A DNA stretch of 64,000 bases from an uncultured Bdellovibrionales bacterium (GCA_964469265.1 CAYXYF010000004.1:35958-99957); one strand, 5' to 3'; shown: positions 1-8,360, numbered from the stretch's first letter. Notes: a model not told the origin generated them from the sequence alone. A program made the numbers and translations.

Positions 1-446
1 GCTTTGGCTTTGTCTTGAGTGTTTTTTGAAAGAGAAAACTTTTTATGGTCAAGTTCAGAAGAAAAAACCACTGCTTTTTTTATCCACTCCGCCGATTGTG
101 CGGAGTCTAGCTCGGAGAGCCGCAAGTAAGATAGATAAATCACTTCTCTCTGGGTGAGATTCCATTCATCAATGTCTGCCATTGCGACAACTTTCTCATA
201 ATACTGGCGGGCAAGACTAAAAGATTTTACAAAGAAATACTTTTGAGCGTTTTCAAACCCTTTTAGAAGTTGATCGACATTATTGCTTTTAGGATGTTTT
301 GACAGATAGTAGTTTGAAAAAAATGTGGCGTCGGAATTTTGTATATGCTGTATTTTTGCAAGCGGGGAGAGAAGCATAACAGTGTCTTGCGCAATAGATT
401 GAGTGGCGTAGAAAAATAAGATGAGCGTGGTTAAACATTTTTTCAT
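1..446 (-). CDS. Exported hypothetical protein, N-terminal part only (gene runs off the left edge); last visible gene of the Tad/Flp cluster
   Basis: Absent from the ORF track because it is truncated. Hand translation of the minus strand from the ATG at 446-444 gives MKKCLTTLILFFYATQSIAQDTVMLLSPLAKIQ... and stays open to base 1. The N-terminus looks like a signal peptide. Its ATG overlaps the TGA of the upstream cpaB-like gene (ATGA, 443-446). Confidence 0.6.
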   Translation of the reverse strand, partial: MKKCLTTLILFFYATQSIAQDTVMLLSPLAKIQHIQNSDATFFSNYYLSKHPKSNNVDQLLKGFENAQKYFFVKSFSLARQYYEKVVAMADIDEWNLTQREVIYLSYLRLSELDSAQSAEWIKKAVVFSSELDHKKFSLSKNTQDKAK

Positions 447-916
447 AAATTGGTCTCCATAATAATTTGACGGCGATTTGTCGGCTTAGGAACTGTCCCC
501 GAAGTTGTTTCGGGGTTGAGTACTGTCACAAAAAAAGCGCCTGGGTGCTGTGCTATTCGCGAAGCGCTTTCTTCAGAAACCAATACTGCGAAAACATCTG
601 GGTTTAATGGCGCTCGCATGAGCTTGACTGCTGAAGCCACCTTTCGAGGACGCGCGGATTCAAAGCTTGGAAGATAAAGATCGACGACCCCAAAATCACT
701 GATGATATTTTTAAGCGCTTCAATATTCTGAATGTCGATAGGAATTAAAGCCATACCTTGCGGTATAAGTGTGTCCACACTTGTGGGATCAATATCGTCA
801 TGGGTCCTATTGTCCTCTGAAAACAGAATCACGAAACCCAGAATGACGAAGATAATAACAAGATACTTGAAGTTCAGTTTGAGTATAAAGGTTTTTAAAT
901 TCTGTTTGAAGTCCAT
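443..916 (-). CDS. Flp pilus assembly protein CpaB/RcpC-like (short form)
   Basis: 157 aa. An N-terminal TM helix (YLVIIFVILGFVILF) is followed by IPQGMALIPIDI...VVDLYL...AVLVSEESASRIA, the pattern of the CpaB/RcpC C-terminal region. It lies downstream of flp and the pseudopilin genes. It is shorter than typical CpaB. Confidence 0.5.
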   Translation of the reverse strand: MDFKQNLKTFILKLNFKYLVIIFVILGFVILFSEDNRTHDDIDPTSVDTLIPQGMALIPIDIQNIEALKNIISDFGVVDLYLPSFESARPRKVASAVKLMRAPLNPDVFAVLVSEESASRIAQHPGAFFVTVLNPETTSGTVPKPTNRRQIIMETNL

Positions 917-917
917 C

Positions 918-1094
918 TCAACGTCCTTTGCTGTTTTTAAATTCTGTCAGATCAGAGAGTTGGTTCTTCGTATTATGGTCTCTTAGCCTTGTTGATCTGC
1001 TAAAATCAAGGATGGAGATAAAAAGAATAACCAACACAAATAGCGATAACGCACATTCAATTAAAATCTGGCCATGCGAAGCTTTGGATCCCAT
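918..1094 (-). CDS. Small TadE/pseudopilin-like protein
   Basis: Start moved to the internal Met of ORF 918..1127, giving MGSKASHG/QILIECALSLFVLVILF. It has a short leader, a Gly-Gln junction, Glu at +5 and a hydrophobic helix, the same prepilin-type N-terminus as flp in this cluster. Confidence 0.45.
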   Translation of the reverse strand: MGSKASHGQILIECALSLFVLVILFISILDFSRSTRLRDHNTKNQLSDLTEFKNSKGR

Positions 1095-1735
1095 GAATCT
1101 CCTTTCGCAACAAGAGTTGCAGCACATCTTCCTTTTATAGTTTTTGAACCGTTCAGATAGGAAAGAAGTGGGTTGGCAATGACGTGTTGAAGTTTTAAAG
1201 TCCAGCGCACACTAATGAGCTGTCGCTGTTCAAAGTGAGCCACAGGGTAAAAGCTCGGAGCAACAGCGTGTGGAGGTTTTTTTTGAACTTCGAATACAAT
1301 CGGAGTTGTTCTTACAGTTACCTTTGCACCCAACTGTCCGCGCAGTTTTTGAATTAAATTTCGAGCGCGAAATTTTGCTGTGCGAATGAGTAACTCTTGT
1401 CTTCCGCGCAGGACGGACTGTCTGAAATGATTTACTTTTATTAATTTAATAATTGGAACAGCCGCTGGAGTACCTGCCACGGGAACAAGGGCGGCTTTTA
1501 ATCTGCGTTCTTCGGCTCGAAGGGAGCTTGCGTTGTTATTCAGCCCAATGAGTTTTTGCAAACTTAAGCCTATGGTTTTTTGAGCCAAAAGGACTTGGCT
1601 CCGGCAAAGCTTTTGAGTTTTTGAGTAGTAATCGATGAGTTGATAGCTTGTAAATATAAGCATAGCGAACATGACGAGGGGGAGAAGAATCAGGACAAGG
1701 TTTAAAGATGTTATGCCACTTTGTGTATGTATCAT
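1061..1735 (-). CDS. Tad pilus assembly membrane protein (TadF/TadG-like), family uncertain
   Basis: 224 aa with one N-terminal hydrophobic helix (LNLVLILLPLVMFAMLIF). Its ATG overlaps the TGA of the upstream tadE-like gene (ATGA at 1732-1735). The call rests on context within the pilin gene run; I recognise no specific motif. Confidence 0.35.
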   Translation of the reverse strand: MIHTQSGITSLNLVLILLPLVMFAMLIFTSYQLIDYYSKTQKLCRSQVLLAQKTIGLSLQKLIGLNNNASSLRAEERRLKAALVPVAGTPAAVPIIKLIKVNHFRQSVLRGRQELLIRTAKFRARNLIQKLRGQLGAKVTVRTTPIVFEVQKKPPHAVAPSFYPVAHFEQRQLISVRWTLKLQHVIANPLLSYLNGSKTIKGRCAATLVAKGDSWDPKLRMARF

Positions 1736-2073
1736 TGGCGCAGTTCCTTACGGTAAGAAAACTTCTGCGGACCAATAAACGGCGGTGCGATGGCCATTTT
1801 TAAGGTGGCGGAGTTAATACGTCTTTTCGATTGCAATGAAACTTTAAATGCCGATTTTAAAAAAAGTGTGTACCGAATTTGTGCAGTCGCTTTTCTTTCA
1901 CATCGGGATAGACTTCCAGTCTCCTGATGGCAAATCAGAGCCTCATACAAAATGTGATCTATCCAAAACGTTGCATAGATAAGGTAAAGAGCTACGCAGA
2001 TCACACTGACCACCGTACAGACAGCCGTGATAGAAACAGCGGCTTCAATGGAAGATTGACCACGGCTATTCAT
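1732..2073 (-). CDS. TadE-like pseudopilin
   Basis: Start moved to Met42 of ORF 1732..2196 (cat at 2071-2073), giving MNSRG/QSSIEAAVSITAVCTVVSVICVALYLI. This is the G/Q-x-x-I-E prepilin-like N-terminus typical of TadE-family proteins. It overlaps the flp 3' end by 8 nt. Confidence 0.55.
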   Translation of the reverse strand: MNSRGQSSIEAAVSITAVCTVVSVICVALYLIYATFWIDHILYEALICHQETGSLSRCERKATAQIRYTLFLKSAFKVSLQSKRRINSATLKMAIAPPFIGPQKFSYRKELRQ

Positions 2074-2323
2074 CGGAGTTCTGATTTTTTCGGTTCGCAG
2101 ATCCGCGGAAAAAGTCTGACATATCTTTTTTGCGGTAATAAGACTTTCGAACCTCTTCCATTGGTGCTTTGGTCGCACTTTTACCCTGAATAGCATTGGC
2201 TACCGTAGCAAATTGGGCATGGATGTTTTGCCCAACAACTTTCATAACTGCTATGCCTGCGATTGCAACTAGCGCGACAATGATAAGGTACTCGATGAGC
2301 CCCTGGCCTCGTTCATTTCTCAT
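2066..2323 (-). CDS. flp: Flp-family type IVb pilin
   Basis: MRNERG/QGLIEYLIIVALVAIAGIAV carries the Flp motif G/XXXXEY followed by a hydrophobic helix. An RBS (AGGGAGA) precedes the ATG. The C-terminal tail is unusually long and charged. Confidence 0.8.
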   Translation of the reverse strand: MRNERGQGLIEYLIIVALVAIAGIAVMKVVGQNIHAQFATVANAIQGKSATKAPMEEVRKSYYRKKDMSDFFRGSANRKNQNSDE

Positions 2324-2388
2324 AACATTTCTCCCTATTGGGAGAATTTAGAATGCAAACTTGTCGTGCCAGCGAGCTCAAAGGAAAT

Positions 2389-2418
2389 AAAAAAAGAGCA
2401 TCGAAGAATTCGATGCTC
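2389..2418 (-). terminator. Rho-independent terminator downstream of the H1-like gene
   Basis: 10-bp stem gagcatcgaa (2396-2405) / ttcgatgctc (2409-2418) with a 3-nt loop. It is followed on the minus strand by a run of 7 T (A-run 2389-2395 on plus). It lies 35 nt after the stop at 2453. Confidence 0.8.
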
Positions 2419-2452
2419 GGATATCATTGCCGAATGTCGGACAACTTTGACG

Positions 2453-2911
2453 TTACTTTTTAGATTTTTTCGTTTTCTTAGCTTTTGTCGCTTTAGAAGT
2501 AACTTTTTTCGCTTTGGCTTTTTTAGTCGCCTTTGCAGCTACCTTCTTTTTAGCTTTAGCAGGTGCTTTTTTCGCAGGGGCCTTTGTTTTTGCTTTTCCT
2601 TTAGTAGCTGCAACTTTAACATCAGCCTTCTTTTTTGGGGCATCCACAATGGCAGAGCTTAACGCATCTCGAGCAGCGTCTCTTGCCTTTTTAAGGGCTT
2701 CAAGCGGCTTTCTCATTTTTACTGCTTTTCGCGCTAAGTAAATGCGGTCAATGACATGTAATGCTTCTCTTCTTAAATCGTTATCAAGGATAAACCGATA
2801 AAAACCTTCCAGCTCAGGACCTTGTCTAAATTTCTTCGGTGATACTGGAACCTTATCTGATTGAACAAAATCAATTGCCGAGCCGTCTTTTGAGATCTTA
2901 ACTTTTTCCAT
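2453..2911 (-). CDS. Histone H1-like DNA-binding protein (globular N-domain plus Lys/Ala-rich tail)
   Basis: 152 aa. By my count, the last 62 residues contain 28 Lys and 17 Ala (KAKTKAPAKKAPAKAKKKVAAKATKKAKAKK...), like H1 C-terminal tails and bacterial Hc1/AlgP/BpH1-type proteins. Confidence 0.6.
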   Translation of the reverse strand: MEKVKISKDGSAIDFVQSDKVPVSPKKFRQGPELEGFYRFILDNDLRREALHVIDRIYLARKAVKMRKPLEALKKARDAARDALSSAIVDAPKKKADVKVAATKGKAKTKAPAKKAPAKAKKKVAAKATKKAKAKKVTSKATKAKKTKKSKK

Positions 2912-3067
2912 TTATTCTCCTTGATCGCAGCCCTCGGGCGCACGACTGTTGGCCATTATAGGGAGCATGACCTGATGGGTCAATAGCTAAAGATTTCAAT
3001 ATGCTGTCTAATGTCTAAACACTCTATGCTCTTGTAATTCAGAGCGGTTTCTTTGACTATCGTCTCT

Positions 3068-3931
3068 ATGATTTTGTTAGAAGGAACTCCCATCGCAAAC
3101 ACTCTTAAAGCTGAGCTGAAGAGCAAAGTCAGCGCCCTAGTTCAGACCCATGGAGAACCGCCAAAGTTAGTAGTTATCCTTGTTGGAAAGGATCCCGCAA
3201 GTGAGGTCTACGTCGGTCATAAGATTAAAGCTTGCAAAGAAATCGGGATGGATTCTGAAATCCTACGTCTTTCTGAAGACGAAAGCCCACAAGCTCTGTT
3301 TGATCACATTGATAAACTCAATAAAGATAAAACTGTACATGGGATTCTTGTTCAATCTCCGCTTCCGACTGAAATGGACCCTGATAGAAATGTTTTTTAT
3401 CAAGCTATGTCTAAAATCAACCCGCTAAAAGATGTCGACTGCCTGGCCCCAGAAAATATTGGTTTATTATGGAGTAATAGAGCGCGAGTTTACCCGTGCA
3501 CTCCGCAAGGGATAATTGCGATCCTTGATCACTACCAAGTTCCTATGGAACGTAAGAATGTTGTAATAGTTGGACGAAGCGAAATTGTTGGGAAGCCCAT
3601 GGCGCAAATGCTGTTAGAGAGAAACGCCACGGTCACAATAGCACATTCAAAAACCAAAGCTTTAGAGGAGCTCACTCAAGCGGCTGACATTGTCGTTGTC
3701 GCCGTTGGGAAGAGAAACTTTTTCGATAAAAATTATTTTACAAATGATTCCATTGTGATTGATGTGGGCATTCACCGCCAAGATGACAATACTCTTTGTG
3801 GCGATGTGTATTTTGAGGACGTTAATAATAATATCAAAGCCATTACACCAGTACCAGGAGGCGTTGGGCCGATGACAATTGCGATGTTAATGGTCAATAC
3901 CATAAAGCTTTATGAGTTAAGTAAAAGATAA
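3068..3931 (+). CDS. folD: Bifunctional methylenetetrahydrofolate dehydrogenase / methenyl-THF cyclohydrolase
   Basis: Motifs ILVGKDPASEVYVGHKIKACKEIG, VVIVGRSEIVGKPMAQMLL, ATVTIAHSKT and TPVPGGVGPMTIAML. Start set at ATG 3068 (MILLEGTPIA...) rather than the upstream TTG at 3053. Confidence 0.9.
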   Translation: MILLEGTPIANTLKAELKSKVSALVQTHGEPPKLVVILVGKDPASEVYVGHKIKACKEIGMDSEILRLSEDESPQALFDHIDKLNKDKTVHGILVQSPLPTEMDPDRNVFYQAMSKINPLKDVDCLAPENIGLLWSNRARVYPCTPQGIIAILDHYQVPMERKNVVIVGRSEIVGKPMAQMLLERNATVTIAHSKTKALEELTQAADIVVVAVGKRNFFDKNYFTNDSIVIDVGIHRQDDNTLCGDVYFEDVNNNIKAITPVPGGVGPMTIAMLMVNTIKLYELSKR

Positions 3932-3946
3932 AAAGGAAGAGAAGAG

Positions 3947-5032
3947 ATGACAAAGCGTACGCCTTTATATGAAGAACACATGAAGTTAAATGCTCGCATG
4001 GTTGATTTTGCGGGTTGGGAAATGCCCGTCGAGTATGCTGGCTTAAAAAAGGAACATGCTTCAGTCCGAGAAGACGTTGGACTTTTTGATGTCTCACATA
4101 TGGGAGAAATTTTTGTCAGAGGTGAAAATGCAGTTAAAACACTTCAGTGGTTGACCACGAATGATGTTTCAAGACTGACTAAAGGAAAAGCGCAGTACAC
4201 TCTTCTTACAAATCCGCAAGGCGGCATTGTTGATGACATTATTATTTATTGTCTTGAAGAAAATAAGAACTACCTTGTGTGTGCAAATGCCTCGAACGTA
4301 GAAAAAGACTTTGCATGGATGACCGCTAATAATAAAGGCGCTGAGATTGTTGATGAAAGTTCTTCCTGGGGACAAATTGCAATCCAAGGGCCTAAGGCTT
4401 TAGATCTTCTAGATAAAGTATTTTCAATAAAGGTTTCCGAGATAAAACCTTTCCACTTTGAATGCGTTAATTATAACGGAGAACAAGTCATCATAGCTGC
4501 CACAGGCTATACGGGAGAAAAAGGTGCTGAAGTTTTCGTGCCCCATTCTCAACTTGTAGCTTTATGGACTGATCTTATGGCAAAAGGAAAACAATATAAT
4601 GTTGCTCCTATTGGACTGGGCGCGCGGGACTCGCTTCGCACCGAAATGAAGTTTTCTCTTTATGGCAATGAGATCTCTGATACGACAAATCCTATTGAGG
4701 CTGGCCTCGGGTGGGTTGTAAAGCTTGATAAAGGTGATTTTATAGGCAGAGACCGCATTCAAAAGGTCAAAGAGCAAGGGCCAGCCCGTAAGCTTATAGG
4801 CTTTAAAATGGTCGATCGAGGGATTCCTCGCCACGATTATAAACTTCTCTCCCTTGAGGGTGAAGAAGTTGGAGTTGTGACAAGCGGCACAATGTCACCA
4901 ACTCTTGATGAAGCCATCGGAATTGGGTATTTAAGAGAAGACTTAAGTAAAGTAGAAACAGAGTTCTTTGTAGAAATTCGTGGTCGAAAAACGAAAGCAA
5001 AGGTGGTCCCTACCCCTTTTTTAAAAAAATAG
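3947..5032 (+). CDS. gcvT: Glycine cleavage system aminomethyltransferase (T protein)
   Basis: RTPLYEEHMKLNARMVDFAGWEMPVEY, FDVSHMGE and ATGYTGEKGAEVF are typical GcvT motifs. Strong RBS AAGGAAGAG. Confidence 0.9.
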   Translation: MTKRTPLYEEHMKLNARMVDFAGWEMPVEYAGLKKEHASVREDVGLFDVSHMGEIFVRGENAVKTLQWLTTNDVSRLTKGKAQYTLLTNPQGGIVDDIIIYCLEENKNYLVCANASNVEKDFAWMTANNKGAEIVDESSSWGQIAIQGPKALDLLDKVFSIKVSEIKPFHFECVNYNGEQVIIAATGYTGEKGAEVFVPHSQLVALWTDLMAKGKQYNVAPIGLGARDSLRTEMKFSLYGNEISDTTNPIEAGLGWVVKLDKGDFIGRDRIQKVKEQGPARKLIGFKMVDRGIPRHDYKLLSLEGEEVGVVTSGTMSPTLDEAIGIGYLREDLSKVETEFFVEIRGRKTKAKVVPTPFLKK

Positions 5033-5057
5033 GATTGGCCAACCAAAAGGAGACAAA

Positions 5058-5447
5058 ATGAAATTCAGAGTTCCAGAAGAATACTACTACACCAAAGATC
5101 ACGAATGGGCACAAGTCGATGAAAACATCGTCACCGTCGGAATTACAGATTTTGCACAATCCACCCTAGGTGAAGTTGTCTACGTTGAGCTCCCAGAAGA
5201 AGGGCAAAAAGTCACTCAAAACGAACCCTTCGGTGTGGTCGAAAGCGTAAAAGCCGTCAGTGACCTCTTATCCCCAGTCACTGGTACCGTCATTGAAGTG
5301 AACAACGCCTTGGTTGAAGACCCTGGTCAACTCAACGACGATCCCATGGAAGAAGGTTGGCTCATTCGCATCGAAATGGACACCGAACGGGAACTTGCCA
5401 ACCTCCTTAAAGCTGGCGACTATAAAACTTTAATCGCAAAGAAATAA
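5058..5447 (+). CDS. gcvH: Glycine cleavage system H protein (lipoyl carrier)
   Basis: 129 aa with YTKDHEWA and the lipoyl-lysine motif VESVKAVSDL. RBS AAAGGAGA. Confidence 0.92.
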   Translation: MKFRVPEEYYYTKDHEWAQVDENIVTVGITDFAQSTLGEVVYVELPEEGQKVTQNEPFGVVESVKAVSDLLSPVTGTVIEVNNALVEDPGQLNDDPMEEGWLIRIEMDTERELANLLKAGDYKTLIAKK

Positions 5448-5496
5448 ATCCTTGATTCAACCGAAGCCTCTGTTTACAACTGAGGCTTCCTCATGC

Positions 5497-5580
5497 GCCC
5501 GGGTGGTGGAATGGCAGACACGCTAGACTTAGGATCTAGTGCCGAGAGGTGTGCAGGTTCAAGTCCTGTCCCGGGTACCA
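5497..5580 (+). tRNA. tRNA-Leu (anticodon UAG)
   Basis: Folded by hand. Acceptor stem GCCCGGG/CCCGGGT (G1-U72 wobble). Anticodon stem CTAGA/TCTAG with loop CTTAGGA (anticodon TAG). Long variable arm. T arm GCAGG-TTCAAGT-CCTGT. Discriminator A and an encoded CCA. Confidence 0.93.
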
Positions 5581-5720
5581 TTTTTAGGCAATCTTTTATC
5601 TGTGGACTTCGTCGCTTCGTCGCTCGGATAGATTGCTATGCCTCGCTCCTCTCTCCCTGACTCCTGCTTTGAAAATAATTAATGCCTTGCAATCGCATCT
5701 AAAGATAGTGAAAATTAAGT

Positions 5721-6974
5721 ATGCGGATGAAGTTAAATCTTACTCGAGTTTTTGCAACTTTGTTTTTTTTGTCTTTGATTGGTCTGTCGGGCTATATCTT
5801 TATTGATCAAGATTCAGAATTTGATATTCACCAGCGTAAAATTTCAAGACTTCAGATTGTTCGGGAGCATATTCGAGAGCAGTTACAGCCTTTTTTTGAG
5901 AGAAACGAACTTGCCCCCTATTTGTATTTTGAAAAGTTTGGAGCTTTTGAAAAAACGGACGTTAAATATACCTTTGATCCTAATCTTCAAAATAGAGCTA
6001 ATATTCTTCTAAAGCGCTATAAGCCTGATTATGCCTCCATTGTTGCAATTGATGCTACAACGGGAAGAGTGCTTGCCCTCGCGAATTATATTAAAGATGA
6101 AAACGATGGACCTCTAAATATTGCAACACGCGCGACGTTTCCTGCGGCTTCAATTTTTAAAATTATTCCTGCTTCCGTTGCGCTTGATAAATATAATTTT
6201 GAATCTTCTCTTTCAATTCCTTTTAATGGGTCATTGCACACTCTCTATAGAAAAAATGTTTTATCCGATGTCGTAAACCGTTGGACGCGCTTTATGTCTT
6301 TGAAGCAAGCCTTTGCTAAGTCTGTAAATACATTCTTTGGACGCTTAGCGCTTAAGAAAATGCAACCCGATGATATCAGAGAATATGCTGAGCGCTTCCA
6401 GTTTAATAAGCCCATTGTTACAGACTTTCCTGTGGACACGAGCACTGCAATTGTTCCTGATGAAAAAGGTTTTGAACTTGCAGAAGTTGCATCAGGTTTT
6501 AATCGGTTTAACACACTTTCTCCAGTCCAGGGTGCGATGATGGCGGCGGCCATTGCCCATGACGGTGTCGTAAGAATTCCATACGTGGTTGATACGCTTA
6601 TCAACGAAAAGGGCGAGATTGTTTACGAAGCAGAGCCCATTGAAATTGAAAAAGCTCTTACGCAAGAAGGTGCTGCCAAGATGCGAGAACTGATGCAAGC
6701 CACTGTTATTCAGGGGACAAGTCGCAAATCATTTAAACCCTTAGTGCGAAATCACCAGTTTATGGAACTTGAAATGGGCGGCAAAACAGGTTCTTTAACG
6801 GGCAATGAACCGCGCGGGAAAGTAGACTGGTTTGTGGGTTATGCCAATTTTGAAGATAGAAAAATTGCTATTGCCGCTATCACAATTAACAAGAAATACT
6901 GGACGGTGAAGTCTGCATTTCTTGCTCAAAGTATTTTTAAAAGCCACTTCAAAGAGGAAGTGGCGTCTCGATAA
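5721..6974 (+). CDS. Penicillin-binding protein, transpeptidase domain with a short N-terminal region
   Basis: N-terminal TM helix. Carries the SxxK (ASIFK), SxN (KSVNTF) and KTG (GGKTGS) motifs in the canonical order. Confidence 0.75.
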   Translation: MRMKLNLTRVFATLFFLSLIGLSGYIFIDQDSEFDIHQRKISRLQIVREHIREQLQPFFERNELAPYLYFEKFGAFEKTDVKYTFDPNLQNRANILLKRYKPDYASIVAIDATTGRVLALANYIKDENDGPLNIATRATFPAASIFKIIPASVALDKYNFESSLSIPFNGSLHTLYRKNVLSDVVNRWTRFMSLKQAFAKSVNTFFGRLALKKMQPDDIREYAERFQFNKPIVTDFPVDTSTAIVPDEKGFELAEVASGFNRFNTLSPVQGAMMAAAIAHDGVVRIPYVVDTLINEKGEIVYEAEPIEIEKALTQEGAAKMRELMQATVIQGTSRKSFKPLVRNHQFMELEMGGKTGSLTGNEPRGKVDWFVGYANFEDRKIAIAAITINKKYWTVKSAFLAQSIFKSHFKEEVASR

Positions 6975-6976
6975 TT

Positions 6977-8332
6977 TTACTGAAGGATCGGACGAATAAT
7001 AACATCGACGCGGCGGTTTTGCGCGCGGCCATCTCTTGTACGGTTGGAAGCAATGGGCTCTTGATCTCCATAGCCATTGGCTATGATATTCCACTCATCG
7101 ACGACAACATTTTCTACAAGATAATTGCGAACGGCATCCGCACGAGCCTCTGAGAGTCTTGAGTTAATCTCTGGTGAGCCAGTGGAGTCCGTGTGACCTT
7201 GTATTTCAATTTCTGCAGCTCCAATGGATTCAATAACAGACTGAAGCTTACTTAAAAGAGAATAGTTGTCAGCAGGAAGGTCTGCTTGTCCGCTTGGGAA
7301 GCGAAGACCTTTAAGACGTATAATCAAAATGTCGTCTTGTCTGTAGACATCGGCTTCTTGCTCGTTAAATTGAGTGCGGGCTTCTTGAAGCTTTTCATCA
7401 AGGGCTATCTGGTCTGTCATCTCAGAATTTTCCGCTGCAATAACCGAGAGCTCTTGATCTCGTGCACCTAGCTCTTCTTGAGTAGTCATAAGAGCAGATT
7501 GCAATTCTCGCTGCGCTAAGCCTTCCTGTTCTAGCTCCAGTGCAAGTTGTTCGGGAGTCTTGTTTTTATTTGCATTTGAATCCCGAGTGATTCGCAATGC
7601 GCGTTCTGCGGCTTCACGTGCTTTTGTTCCAACTTCTCCTATACGGATTTTGTCATCTCTGCTTGCTGTAATCAATGCATCAGCGTCTTTAAGACGTTTT
7701 TCTGCTAAGGCCAGAGTTTGTGGTGCGATATCTTCGGCGCCTTCATTTTTAGCTTGCTCAATTTGTTCGCGAGCAGGGCCAAGTTCTTTGGCTTTAATTG
7801 CCTCAAGCTCAACGGCCATATATTGATCTAAAAGCTCCTGCCGGTCTTCACCATCAACTTTGAAATTTCCATCTTCAAAATCTTTAGCAATATCAATTAG
7901 CTTCTCATCGGCCTCTTTCAGTAACTCGCCACTGTATTCTGGTGCCTCGGCTTCTAAGGTGCGTTTTCTTACGTCAACGATTTCAGGAATAGTATCGGCA
8001 CCCGTACGTGCCACACCGATGGCCTGGAGTAACCATGCATTACCAAGTGCAACTTCTTTTAAAATATCTTCGTTATCTTTGTTGTCGTCACGAGCTTCTT
8101 TGGCCTCTTCAAGTTGTTTTTCGGCTTTTTCGAACTTATCCGGTGATAGAACATTGACCTGATCTTGTCTTGCATTCTCTAAATTCCCTTGAAGGCTTTC
8201 GATTTCTTCAGTCGGATTTGCGTCCCTTGGAAATTCCTGAATTTCAGGAGTCGATGAGCAAGCTGCGAAGAAAAGTAAAGAGATTAAAAACCCAAACCAG
8301 CCTACTTGTTTTATTTGTTTAATCAGTTCCAT
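6977..8332 (-). CDS. OmpA-family lipoprotein with a long coiled-coil / DUF4398-like N-terminal region
   Basis: Lipobox FFAAC. Acidic helical repeats. The C-terminal OmpA domain reads GHTDSTGSPEINSRLSEARADAVRNYL...NRRVDVII. Confidence 0.8.
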   Translation of the reverse strand: MELIKQIKQVGWFGFLISLLFFAACSSTPEIQEFPRDANPTEEIESLQGNLENARQDQVNVLSPDKFEKAEKQLEEAKEARDDNKDNEDILKEVALGNAWLLQAIGVARTGADTIPEIVDVRKRTLEAEAPEYSGELLKEADEKLIDIAKDFEDGNFKVDGEDRQELLDQYMAVELEAIKAKELGPAREQIEQAKNEGAEDIAPQTLALAEKRLKDADALITASRDDKIRIGEVGTKAREAAERALRITRDSNANKNKTPEQLALELEQEGLAQRELQSALMTTQEELGARDQELSVIAAENSEMTDQIALDEKLQEARTQFNEQEADVYRQDDILIIRLKGLRFPSGQADLPADNYSLLSKLQSVIESIGAAEIEIQGHTDSTGSPEINSRLSEARADAVRNYLVENVVVDEWNIIANGYGDQEPIASNRTRDGRAQNRRVDVIIRPILQ

Positions 8333-8360
8333 GTGATCTCCTCAATAAGTGTTTAAAATT

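Noticed and set aside
2354-2371. Sigma-54 promoter upstream of flp. The minus strand reads TGGCAC-GACAAGT-TTGCA, with both boxes perfect.
   Set aside because: The spacer is 7 nt rather than the strictly conserved 5 nt (GG-n12-GC rather than GG-n10-GC), so I did not call it as a promoter. It is borderline, and 5' RACE or an rpoN mutant would settle it.
2460-2640. Repetitive GCT/TTT/AAG-rich DNA that looks like a tandem repeat array, together with the long plus-strand ORFs 2366..2662 and 2514..2741.
   Set aside because: This is the coding low-complexity Lys/Ala tail of the minus-strand H1-like gene. The plus-strand ORFs are its antisense shadows (Phe/Ala/Leu-rich nonsense).
2912-3067. Possible glycine or ZTP (pfl) riboswitch in the 156-nt leader of folD-gcvT-gcvH.
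   Set aside because: Neither the glycine core (GGAGAG...CCGAAGG) nor the ZTP elements (GGGTCGTGACTGGCG...CCGCCTGGGCA) can be found by eye. Only a weak cgactg fragment is present. A covariance-model scan would be decisive.
5581-5720. Possible integration scar or genomic-island junction downstream of tRNA-Leu. There is a short tandem CTTCGTCG x2 and an imperfect hairpin GCAATCT...AGATTGC.
   Set aside because: There is no integrase, no direct repeat of the tRNA 3' end, and the next gene is an ordinary PBP. The hairpin is more simply a tRNA terminator.
7286-8162. Several 60-100 aa plus-strand ORFs inside the OmpA-family gene. There are similar antisense ORFs inside pstC (11652..11975), the PBP gene (6245..6604), hldA (39870..40184), the GGDEF gene (44257..44574), gdh (37092..37493) and the cpaF-like gene (61240..61617).
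   Set aside because: All are fully nested in confidently identified genes. Their compositions are Ser/Leu/Phe-biased or otherwise unnatural, and none has an RBS. I treated them as frame shadows.
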